Source: a virus (taxonomy: Duplodnaviria > Caudoviricetes). From it: a stretch of DNA of 37,877 nt. The DNA lies in IMG/VR virus record IMGVR_UViG_3300039916_000017, positions 1 to 37,877 of that record. One strand, given 5' to 3'. The position numbers and the translations under genes were made by a program. Positions 8,627-17,325 of this stretch are shown piece by piece; within the stretch, counting starts at the first letter, position 1, and the number at the start of each line of letters is the position of its first letter. Below the pieces are notes generated by a model that saw only the letters and a program-made list of their open reading frames with translations, was not told where the DNA came from and did no database searches.

Positions 8627-11354
8627 CCAGGTCATCGAACAGATGAAGGCAGAAGGCCTGCCGACGCTGCCCGATGGGCATCCTGTCCTCAATGGCAAGG
8701 TCAACCGCTTCGGCCCGAAGAAGAAGGCTTGGTACGTCCTGCGCGAGCTCGACTTGCGTTCGGGTCGCCGGGTCGTCACTGGCGCTTTCGGCGTGTGGCA
8801 GGGCCAGAGCCAAAATGCGATCTCGGTCACGATGGACTGGGCAGGCGTAACGGCCGAAGAGCGTGCAGAAGCCGAGCGCAAGCAGGCCGACATCGAGCGT
8901 GCCGAAGCTGAACGCAAACAGCGTAAATCGGAAATGGCTGCCAGCCGCGCGCGCATGGCCTGGGCCGCAGCTGCGGACAGCGATCAGCCCTCGGCCTACC
9001 TGGCGCGCAAACGCGTCGGCAGCGAGAAGACCCGCGTCGATGCCGATGGCGTGCTGCTCGTGCCGGTCTACAAATACAGCGAGGCGGGCGCGTCCATGGC
9101 CGGCCTGCAGCGCATCCAGCCGGATGGCGAGAAACGTTTCAGCGCCGGCATTGATATGGCTGCTGGCTGCTGCCTGCTGGGCAAGACGACGGAAGCTCCT
9201 GCTCTGATCGCGATCGGCGAGGGCTATGCCACTTGCGAAACCGTTCGAATGGCTACCGAGTTCGACATGCCCGTCATGGTGGCGTTCAACGCGGGCAACC
9301 TGCTGCCGGTCGCCAAGCGCCTGCGCGCCGACTTCCCCGCCGCCCATCTGATGTTCCTGGCTGATGATGACATGCGGGTTGTTGCGCGCCTGGCCGACTT
9401 CCTGCGGGATGACTTCGGCGTCGAGTGGGCGCCCGTCATTGACGGCGCGGACCACGAGCTCACGTCGACCAAGGGCGATACCGTGCGCGTCCGTGCGACT
9501 TGGCGCGAAGACGCTGCCGGCACGCCGTACGTCGAGGCCGACCTGCGCGCGGGCCGCATGGTGCGCCTGCTCAAGTTCGAGAACGCTGGGGTGTCGCGAT
9601 CGCGCGCTGCGGCCCGCGTTGTCGGCAATGCCTCAGTGGTCGTACCGACGTTTGCGGCGCGCTCAGCCGACAGCAAGGATTCTGACTTCAACGACCTGTA
9701 CCTGGCCGAATCGCTCGACGTCGTGCGCGACCAGGTGCGGGCCGCGCGCTCCCTCGCCCTCACGATGGAGCAGGCCCCGACGCCGAGCCCCACGGACGAC
9801 GAGCTGCCGGCGTACTTGGACGATGTGCCAATGCCCGACGCGCCCGCTGTCGAGACGCCCATCGACGTGGCCACCTCCATTCGCGTGCCGACGCTTGAAG
9901 TACTGCTCGCGCACATGCAGCTGATCTACCCGACGACGGACATCTGGGATGGCCTGCGCAAGCAACGCCTCAAAAAGTCAGCCTTTGCCGCATGGGTGGG
10001 CAAGGACCTTGCTGCTGCCTGGGAAAAAGATCCAAAGCGCCGCACCATCCTGCGCGAGTCCCTTCCCACCCTCGTTGGTGGCAAGGCAGTCGAAGGCGCA
10101 GGCGGCGGCAAGCTGGGCGAGATGCTCGACAACCTCACGCTCCTGCGCGGCACCGAGACGGTTTGGGATGGCATTGGCCAGCAGGTCATGTCATTGGGCG
10201 CCGTGCGCGCCGACTACACCGCTGAGCTCACCGGCAAATGGCAGGAGCATGCCCAGCGCAAGACGATCGAGGCACGCAACCTAGTGTTCGATCCGACGCA
10301 GCAGGCCGACCCGGTCAGTCACGTCAACATCTTCCTCGGCTGGCCGCTGACACCCAAGCAGGACGACGCGCTCATCGGCCCGATCCTCGCACTCCTGGCC
10401 TCGCTGTGCGATGCGGAGGACAGGGCCGATGAGGCCATGGAATGGATTCTGCGCTGGCTTGCGTACCCGCTGCAGTACCCGGGCGCCAAGATGCAGACCG
10501 CGTTGCTGATGTTCGGCGAGAAGCAAGGCACCGGCAAGTCGCTGTTCTTCCAAGACGTGATGCAGCCAATCTATGGCGACTACGGCACGGTGGCCAGTCA
10601 GCACCAGTTGGAGTCGAGCTTCACTGCCTGGCGCAGCCGCAAGCTGTTCGTGCTGTTCGAGGAGGTGCTGTCGCGCGACGACAAGTACTCCCACAACGGC
10701 ACGCTCAAGTACATGATCACCGGCAAGACCACCTCGATCAACGAAAAGAACCTGCCGCTGCGCGACGAGCGCAACCACATGAATGCGACGTTTCTCTCGA
10801 ACGAGCCGCAGCCGATCCCGATCGAGCTGGAAGACCGGCGCTTCATGGTCATCGAGGCGCGGCGCAAGCAGGACCCAGCGTTCTATGCCGACGTGCAGCG
10901 TTCCATCGCAGCCGGTGGCATCCAAGCGTTCTATCACTTCCTGCTGAATCTTCCGCTTGACGGCTTCAACGAGCACACCAAGCCGCCGATGACGCTGGCC
11001 AAGGAGCGCGTGATCGAGTTCGGCTTGGCCGGATGGATGTCGTTCCACCGTGCCTGGAAGGATGGCTACTTGGACGCGCCTTACACGTCGTGCCTGTCTG
11101 AGGATCTGTACATCATCTACAAGCGGTGGTGCGACAAGAGCGGCGAAAAGCCGCTGACGCTGTGCAAGTTCGCCGGCCTGATCGGTAGTCGCGAGACGAA
11201 GTCGAAGAAGAGCGTCGCGGTCGACAGCAAGCACAAGAAGACCCGAATGGTGTTCGTGGTGGACAACTCCGATTTCCCGCATCCATTGGATGAGCAGATC
11301 GCCAAGTTTAGGAAGCTCGGCGACGTTCGTGCGGACCGGGCATTGCAGGGTTAA
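8613..11354 (+). CDS. DNA primase-helicase (Toprim plus SF3/D5-like NTPase)
   Basis: Toprim IGEGYAT, AFNAGNL, LADDD, SDFNDL; Walker A KQGTGKS, Walker B VLFEE, LSNE, DRRF. Confidence 0.93.
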   Translation: MATLDQVIEQMKAEGLPTLPDGHPVLNGKVNRFGPKKKAWYVLRELDLRSGRRVVTGAFGVWQGQSQNAISVTMDWAGVTAEERAEAERKQADIERAEAERKQRKSEMAASRARMAWAAAADSDQPSAYLARKRVGSEKTRVDADGVLLVPVYKYSEAGASMAGLQRIQPDGEKRFSAGIDMAAGCCLLGKTTEAPALIAIGEGYATCETVRMATEFDMPVMVAFNAGNLLPVAKRLRADFPAAHLMFLADDDMRVVARLADFLRDDFGVEWAPVIDGADHELTSTKGDTVRVRATWREDAAGTPYVEADLRAGRMVRLLKFENAGVSRSRAAARVVGNASVVVPTFAARSADSKDSDFNDLYLAESLDVVRDQVRAARSLALTMEQAPTPSPTDDELPAYLDDVPMPDAPAVETPIDVATSIRVPTLEVLLAHMQLIYPTTDIWDGLRKQRLKKSAFAAWVGKDLAAAWEKDPKRRTILRESLPTLVGGKAVEGAGGGKLGEMLDNLTLLRGTETVWDGIGQQVMSLGAVRADYTAELTGKWQEHAQRKTIEARNLVFDPTQQADPVSHVNIFLGWPLTPKQDDALIGPILALLASLCDAEDRADEAMEWILRWLAYPLQYPGAKMQTALLMFGEKQGTGKSLFFQDVMQPIYGDYGTVASQHQLESSFTAWRSRKLFVLFEEVLSRDDKYSHNGTLKYMITGKTTSINEKNLPLRDERNHMNATFLSNEPQPIPIELEDRRFMVIEARRKQDPAFYADVQRSIAAGGIQAFYHFLLNLPLDGFNEHTKPPMTLAKERVIEFGLAGWMSFHRAWKDGYLDAPYTSCLSEDLYIIYKRWCDKSGEKPLTLCKFAGLIGSRETKSKKSVAVDSKHKKTRMVFVVDNSDFPHPLDEQIAKFRKLGDVRADRALQG

Positions 11355-11566
11355 GCAGGGTAGGGAACGAACCCTGCAAGCCGGAGAGCTAGTCTCCATG
11401 CGGGTTTCAGCAGGGTATGCAGGGTTTGCGGGGTTTAGCGCACGTAGGCGCGAAACGATATTGATGCGCCGATGTGTTTTTTTTGATGCTCACATCTAAA
11501 TCAACCCTGCAACCCTACATACCTTGCCAAGAGTCAGTATCCATGCGGGTTACAGACTTGCAGGGT
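11344..11566. repeat. Iteron array (WGCAGGGT), candidate replication origin
   Basis: About 10 exact or near copies in both orientations around an AT-richer core, directly after the helicase gene. Confidence 0.75.
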
Positions 11567-11606
11567 TTGAATAACAGGCTGCAAAGCCGGAAAAAGGAGT
11601 GAAACG

Positions 11607-12356
11607 ATGCGAATGAATCTGCGAACCGACTTCCCGGCTGTGGCCGCACGGATCCACGAGCTGGGTCGACGCGGTCCGATCGTGGCTGCCATCGCGCTGA
11701 CCCGCACGGCCAAGGACGTCCAGGCTGCGATCAAGACGGAGATGCGCTCGGTGTTCGATCGTCCAACGCCGTACGCGCTTAACGGCACGTTCCTCAAGCC
11801 TGCCACCAAGACCAGCCTGGAGGCGCGCGTCTGGGTCAAGGACAACCCGTTCGGCAAGGGCACACCGGCTGATCGCTTCCTCGGCCCGCAAATCTTCGGC
11901 GGCAACCGTGGCCTCAAGGGCATGGAGCGCCTGCTGCAGGCCAACGGCATGATGCCGCAGGGCTGGTTCGCCATGCCTGGTGACGGCGCCACGCTCGATG
12001 CGAATGGCAACGTGCGCCGTGCCCAGATCACCCAGATGCTGTCGCAGCTGAAGGTGCAGCGCGGAGCTGGCCACGAGTCGCGTGCATCGGGCAGCACGCG
12101 GTCGAACCGCACCATCGCGCGCCAGGGCGTGACGTACTTCGTCCTGCCCAACGGTAACCGTGGCCTGCCACCAGGTGTGTACATCAAGCGCCGCTTCGCG
12201 CACGGCACCGCCATCAAGCCGATGTTCGTGTTCGTGCAGCAGGCGCAATACAAGACGCGCCTGCGCTTCCACGAGATCGGTCAGGCCACCATCGAGGCCA
12301 AGTTCTCCGGGCACTTCGACGCTGAGTTCAACCGCCCGCGCACGGGCTCAGCCTGA
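11607..12356 (+). CDS. Phage protein, gpZ/neck (tail completion)-like
   Basis: Basic protein with ALTRTAKDVQ...VFDRPTPYALN pattern, located before the terminase. Confidence 0.6.
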   Translation: MRMNLRTDFPAVAARIHELGRRGPIVAAIALTRTAKDVQAAIKTEMRSVFDRPTPYALNGTFLKPATKTSLEARVWVKDNPFGKGTPADRFLGPQIFGGNRGLKGMERLLQANGMMPQGWFAMPGDGATLDANGNVRRAQITQMLSQLKVQRGAGHESRASGSTRSNRTIARQGVTYFVLPNGNRGLPPGVYIKRRFAHGTAIKPMFVFVQQAQYKTRLRFHEIGQATIEAKFSGHFDAEFNRPRTGSA

Positions 12357-12358
12357 TA

Positions 12359-12496
12359 CCCCCCCCGGGGGTTAGGTTCTTTCTGGAGCAGGGCTAGCAA
12401 GGGTAATTCAGGCCACGTCATCGCACTAGCAGAACCCAAAAACATTTCCTGACAACTGACCTGACAACGAAAAAATATGACGCAAAACCTGACAAC
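12359..12496. promoter_or_regulatory. Candidate cos packaging site (cosQ-like plus three cosB-like repeats)
   Basis: GGTTCTTTC at 12375-12383 resembles lambda cosQ; CCTGACAAC at 12448, 12460 and 12488, at the terS start. Confidence 0.6.
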
Positions 12497-13037
12497 CGTC
12501 GCCGGGTGGGCAAAGCTGCAAGGCATTTCGCGCCAGTCCGCGTACGAGGCGGTGACCAGGTGCAGCATCCCGGTGACCGATGGCAAGGTCGACCCGGAGT
12601 ACGCGACGCACCTCTACAAAAAACATACCCGCCCGCGTGCGAACGGCCAACGCCCTGACCCCCTGGCAAGTGGGGCGCAGCCCAACATCTCGGCGGGTAC
12701 GGGAGGTCCGGAGTCCGTGGCCAAGGTACCGGGCTACGACACGAGCCGTGCGCGCCGAGAGGCAGCGGAGGCAGCTGCTGCCGAGATCAAGCTGGCCGAG
12801 ATGTCGAAGCAGTTCCTGCTCAAGGACGATGTCGACTCGGCCGTCTTCGAGGCGGCGCGTGCGCTGCGAGACGGGCTGCTCAACTGCGCCCGTCGCATCG
12901 CTGCCGACGTGGCGCCGTTGCGTACCGCCGAGGAGTGCGAGGAAGTGATCGAGCGCGAACATCGGATTCTGCTTGAGAGTATGGCGCACACGTTCAACGA
13001 GCGCTTGGACGTCCAGCTCGAGGAGCATGCCGGATGA
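12477..13037 (+). CDS. terS: Terminase small subunit (Nu1-like)
   Basis: N-terminal HTH, YDTSRARREAAEA coiled coil; ATGA-coupled to terL. Confidence 0.85.
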   Translation: MTQNLTTVAGWAKLQGISRQSAYEAVTRCSIPVTDGKVDPEYATHLYKKHTRPRANGQRPDPLASGAQPNISAGTGGPESVAKVPGYDTSRARREAAEAAAAEIKLAEMSKQFLLKDDVDSAVFEAARALRDGLLNCARRIAADVAPLRTAEECEEVIEREHRILLESMAHTFNERLDVQLEEHAG

Positions 13038-15031
13038 TCGGCCTTGCCTCAGCGGCCACCATCGTGTGCCCGGCGATCGCGCGTGGGCTGCAGCCGGATC
13101 CGAACATGACGGTCGACGAATGGTCGGACCTGCACATGGTGATCCCGAAAGAGTCGGGCGCGAACGAGGCCGGCAAGTACAGGACCGACCGCACGCCGCA
13201 TGCGCGCGAAGTGATGCGCGCGCTGTCGGACAATCACACGTGCAAGACCGTTGCCCTGATGGGCGCATCACAGATGCTCAAGACGCAGGTCGGCCTGAAC
13301 TGGTTCTGCTCGACGGTGCATCAGTCGCCAGCCAACTTCCTGTGGATCATGCCAACCGGCAAGCTGGCCAAGCGCACCAGCGCGCGCGTGAGCAAGACCA
13401 TCGCTGCCGTGCCGCCGGTACGAGAGCGCGTGGCCGCGCCGCGTTCGCGTGATTCGGTCAACACGCTCGACACCAAGGAATACATCGGTGGCGCGCTGTA
13501 CATCGTCACCGCCGGTGCGGCCGCCAATCTGTCCGAGATCCCGGCGCGCCGCGTGCTGTTCGATGAGGTCGACCGCGCCAACGCCAACGTGAACGGCGAG
13601 GGTGATCCGGTCCAGCTGGCAAAGGCGCGCCAGACGTCGTTCGAGCGCAATCGCAAGAGCTACTTCCCCAGCTCGCCGACGATCACCGGCCAGTCGATCA
13701 TTGAGAACCTGTACCTGCAGGGCACGCGCCAGGAGGCGCTGGCGGACTGCGTGCACTGTGGCCACGAGCAGCCGCTGGTGTTCGAGCGCTTGGATGAGGA
13801 CGACGCCGGCCAAGCGGTTTATCCGTGCAGCGCGTGTGGCGCCGTCATGTACGAAACCGACAAGAACCGCATGTTCGCGCGCGGCGCTTGGTCGGCCGGC
13901 GTACCCGGTGATGGGGAGACGGTCAGTTTCACGATCAGCGCGATGTTCGCGCCGTACGGCTGGCTCACCTGGATAGCCCTGCTGCGCGAGTACCGCGCTG
14001 CTCGGGCCAAGCTGGACGAGGGCAGCGAAGAGCTGATGATCGTGTTCTATAACACGCGCTTGGCGCGGTGCTGGGAGCGCAAGAAGGAACAGACCAAGGC
14101 GACCGAACTCAAGGCGCGGGCCGAGTGCTACAAGCTGGGCACGGTGCCGATGAAGGGCCTGATCCTGACCGCCGCTGTCGACACGCAGCCCGACCGCCTT
14201 GAGCTCAAGGTCGTGGCCTGGGGAGAAGGCATGGAGGATTGGATCGTTGACTACCAGGTGGTGTCAGGATCGCCGACAGAGCAGGCAACGTGGGACTCAC
14301 TCGATGCGCTTCTGTTAGGCCGGTACCAGCACGCCGGCGGACGCATGCTTGGCATCGCCGCAACGTTCATTGACTCGGGCGGCGCCAATACGCAGGACGT
14401 CTACAACTTCACCCGCACGCGCCAGCATCGCCACATCTACGCGATCAAGGGCCACTCGACCTACAACAAGCCGATTCTCTCTGCCAAGCCAACGTTGGTA
14501 GATGTGAACTGGATGGGCAAGGTCATGCCGCACGGCGCCAAGCTGTGGCTGATTGGTACCGACACGGCCAAGGATTATCTGGCAAGCCGCTACAGCTTGG
14601 CCGAAGGCCCGGGCGCAACCCACTTCCCGGACGGCCTGCCAGATGATTATTACGACCAGCTGACCGCTGAGTACAGCATTACCGTCTACAAGCGCGGCCG
14701 CAAAGTCACCGTGTGGGAGAAGAAGAAGAGCGCGCGCAACGAGGCTGGTGACCTGATGGTCTACAACCTGGCAGCCGCGCAGTACCTCGGTCTGCACAAG
14801 AAGACGCCCCACCAGTGGCAGCTGGTACGCGAGAAGGTCAACCCTGCCACGTCCGACCTGTTTCACGATGCCGACCCGGTCGACCAGCCAGCCCCGGATG
14901 GGGGGAAGCCCGCTACCGCAATCACGCCACTACCAACTACCACAACGCAACCAGCACACGAACCATGGAAACCGAAACCGCCCTCGACCCCATCACCCCA
15001 TCAGCGCCGGCCAGCCGGGAGGCAGTGGTGA
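13034..15031 (+). CDS. terL: Terminase large subunit, lambda gpA family
   Basis: TPHAREVM, ASQMLKT, LFDEVD, SSPT, two CxxC pairs, AVDTQ, IDSGG, RNEAGDLMVY. Confidence 0.97.
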   Translation: MIGLASAATIVCPAIARGLQPDPNMTVDEWSDLHMVIPKESGANEAGKYRTDRTPHAREVMRALSDNHTCKTVALMGASQMLKTQVGLNWFCSTVHQSPANFLWIMPTGKLAKRTSARVSKTIAAVPPVRERVAAPRSRDSVNTLDTKEYIGGALYIVTAGAAANLSEIPARRVLFDEVDRANANVNGEGDPVQLAKARQTSFERNRKSYFPSSPTITGQSIIENLYLQGTRQEALADCVHCGHEQPLVFERLDEDDAGQAVYPCSACGAVMYETDKNRMFARGAWSAGVPGDGETVSFTISAMFAPYGWLTWIALLREYRAARAKLDEGSEELMIVFYNTRLARCWERKKEQTKATELKARAECYKLGTVPMKGLILTAAVDTQPDRLELKVVAWGEGMEDWIVDYQVVSGSPTEQATWDSLDALLLGRYQHAGGRMLGIAATFIDSGGANTQDVYNFTRTRQHRHIYAIKGHSTYNKPILSAKPTLVDVNWMGKVMPHGAKLWLIGTDTAKDYLASRYSLAEGPGATHFPDGLPDDYYDQLTAEYSITVYKRGRKVTVWEKKKSARNEAGDLMVYNLAAAQYLGLHKKTPHQWQLVREKVNPATSDLFHDADPVDQPAPDGGKPATAITPLPTTTTQPAHEPWKPKPPSTPSPHQRRPAGRQW

Positions 15032-15321
15032 CCGCTGAGCTGCTTGACAACGCCGACCTGATCGACACCATCTTCGATTTCATCGAGCGAGAATTTCCAG
15101 AGATGCGTCAGCGTGCACCTGCGCTCAAGCAACTCGCGCGTCGTGAGTTTGCTGGCATCCTGACCTACATCCCTCGACGATCACAGTACGAACGTGACCG
15201 CATCACCGCCGAGGTTGCTGTGCTATTCACGGGGCGCAACGTGGCCGAAGTTGCGCGCAAACTCGGAATCAGCACACAGACGGTGTACCGAATTATCAAA
15301 AACGCCGGCAGCAAAAAATAA
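15028..15321 (+). CDS. Mor/C-family transcription activator
   Basis: FAGILTYIP, RDRI, FTGRNVAEVARKLGISTQTVYRII; GTGA overlap with terL. Confidence 0.85.
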   Translation: MTAELLDNADLIDTIFDFIEREFPEMRQRAPALKQLARREFAGILTYIPRRSQYERDRITAEVAVLFTGRNVAEVARKLGISTQTVYRIIKNAGSKK

Positions 15322-15363
15322 TTCTCAAGTTTTAAAGAATTAAAACAGCTATGTCGCTAACGT
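15322..15363 (+). promoter_or_regulatory. Late promoter 1 (head genes)
   Basis: TTCTCA-AGT-TTTAAAGA, 19 nt, then TAACGT as -10. Confidence 0.75.
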
Positions 15364-15370
15364 GGGCGAC

Positions 15371-15583
15371 ATGGCTATCTCCCAATCAGACATTGACGCA
15401 CTCGACGCCGCGATCGTATCCGGCGCGCTCTCGGTCGAATTCGACGGTAGGCGCATTACCTACCAGAACACGGCGCAACTGATCGCTGCCCGGGCACATG
15501 CGGTGCAGGTCACCAGCGGTAGCGTCCGGCGCACCGTTCCTTACATCTTTGGCTTCCGCTTCACCACGAGTCGGGGCGACTAA
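15371..15583 (+). CDS. Head-tail joining protein (gpW-like)
   Basis: DIDALDAAIVSGALSVEFDGRRITY, immediately before the portal. Confidence 0.85.
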   Translation: MAISQSDIDALDAAIVSGALSVEFDGRRITYQNTAQLIAARAHAVQVTSGSVRRTVPYIFGFRFTTSRGD

Positions 15584-17049
15584 TGGCCAACTTCATTGAT
15601 CGCGTCATCGGCTTCGTAAGCCCGCAGGCCGGCATCGCGCGTCACTTTGCGCGTCGCCAGCTGCAGCGCGCCTACGAAGCTGCCAGCCCACGCGATACCT
15701 GGCGTCCGCGCCGGGCGGGTGCAAGCGCGAACGCCGATCACCAGGCCGATGCCAAAGCGCTGCGCAGCAAGGCGCGTGCACTCGTACAGAACGTGCCGTA
15801 TATCTGGGCCGGGCTTAATGGACTGGCGGTGGCGACGGTCGGCGCTGGCATCATCCCGCGCGCTACCGGCATCGACAAAGAGAAGATCAACGAGCTGCTT
15901 ACTGCCTGGTTCAAGGTGTGCGATGCCGATGGGCGCTTCGACTTTTTTGGATTCGTGAAAGCCGCCTACATGGCGATGGAGCAGGACGGCGAAGTGCTGG
16001 TGCGCAAGCGCACCCGGAGCGCCGGTTCGGGCATGGCTGTCCCGCTGCAGTTGCAGCTGCTCGAAATCGACTGGCTCGATAGCGCGAAGTCGGGCACGCT
16101 CAATGGCAACTCGATTGTCAACGGTATCGAGTACGACGTGCTCGGCGCGGTCGCTGCCTACTACCTGTGGGACCAGCACCCGGGCGATGTCGCCGCCATG
16201 CGCGGTCGTTCGCAAAGCCAGCGCGTGCCGGCGAACCAGATCATTCACTTGTTTAACCCGGGCCGTCCGGGGCAGGGCCGGGGCATTACGCGCCTCGCGC
16301 CAGTGATCGCACGCGTACGCGACCTCCAGTTGTACGAAGACGCCGAGATGGCGCGCAAGAATCTGGAAACCCGGTTGTCGGTGTTGGCCAGTGGTGACCT
16401 GACCGGCGCAGAGAACCCGGCCAGTATGGGCAACGCAGGCGAGGGCCAGTCCAGCGGCCATCACGACCTGGGCGAGCTAGGCGGCGGGAGCATCGTCGGT
16501 ATGCCGCCGGGTATGACCTTCACGGTCATTGAACCGAAGGCTGCACCGGGCTACGTCGAGTACGTCAAGTTCCAGCTACACCTGATCGCTTCCGGCATCG
16601 ACGTGCCGTATCACATGCTGACCGGTGACATGAGCTCGGTGAACTTCAGCAGCGCCCGTGTGCGCATGCTGGACTTCCGACGTTCGGTCACGCAGATGCA
16701 GTGGCTGACCCTGATCCCGAAGCTGCTGGTGCCGATCCATGAGGCGTTCATCGAGCATGCGTACCTGGCTGGCCGGATCAGGTCGCGCGACAAGGCGGTC
16801 GACTTCAGCCCGCCGAAGTGGGATTACGTGAACCCGCAGCAGGACGTGCAGGCCGACCTGGCCGAGATCAGCGGTGGGCTGTCCAGCTTCAGCGAGAAGT
16901 TGCGTCAGCGCGGCTACGACCCGGAGGTGGTGTACACCGAGCTCGCGAAGGATATCGCCAGGCTGAAAGATCTGGGCATTCTCGACACCATGCTGTTCAT
17001 GCAGCGGGGGAACATGCCCACGCCGCCTGCCGACAGTGCTGCCACATGA
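15583..17049 (+). CDS. Portal protein, lambda family
   Basis: RAYEAA, LRSKARALVQN, DGEVLV, RPGQGRG, LTGDMSSVNFSSAR. Confidence 0.97.
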   Translation: MANFIDRVIGFVSPQAGIARHFARRQLQRAYEAASPRDTWRPRRAGASANADHQADAKALRSKARALVQNVPYIWAGLNGLAVATVGAGIIPRATGIDKEKINELLTAWFKVCDADGRFDFFGFVKAAYMAMEQDGEVLVRKRTRSAGSGMAVPLQLQLLEIDWLDSAKSGTLNGNSIVNGIEYDVLGAVAAYYLWDQHPGDVAAMRGRSQSQRVPANQIIHLFNPGRPGQGRGITRLAPVIARVRDLQLYEDAEMARKNLETRLSVLASGDLTGAENPASMGNAGEGQSSGHHDLGELGGGSIVGMPPGMTFTVIEPKAAPGYVEYVKFQLHLIASGIDVPYHMLTGDMSSVNFSSARVRMLDFRRSVTQMQWLTLIPKLLVPIHEAFIEHAYLAGRIRSRDKAVDFSPPKWDYVNPQQDVQADLAEISGGLSSFSEKLRQRGYDPEVVYTELAKDIARLKDLGILDTMLFMQRGNMPTPPADSAAT

Positions 17050-17321
17050 CCCACCTGCACATGACCACGGCCGTTTCGACCATTCGCGTCTATGACGGGC
17101 CGGGTGGCTACGAGGCGCGCCGAGCGTACCTGGGGATCATCACGGTGAACCACCTGACCGACACCACCGTGTACGTAGGCGGCGCGGTCGGGCAGATCGA
17201 CCGCGCGACATACGACAGCGCACTGAACATGCTCCGCAAACTCGGCGTCACCAAGGTGATGTACGAGCGGCGCGGGCGAATGAAAACCATCGAGCTAGAA
17301 GCAATCAACAAGGCGACGTAA
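17046..17321 (+). CDS. Hypothetical protein (91 aa)
   Basis: ATGA overlap with the portal stop; 4 bp before the next gene. Confidence 0.65.
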   Translation: MTHLHMTTAVSTIRVYDGPGGYEARRAYLGIITVNHLTDTTVYVGGAVGQIDRATYDSALNMLRKLGVTKVMYERRGRMKTIELEAINKAT

Positions 17322-17325
17322 CAAT

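Noticed and set aside
11344-11566. CRISPR array
   Set aside because: Repeats are 8 bp, in both orientations, with no regular unique spacers; no cas operon.
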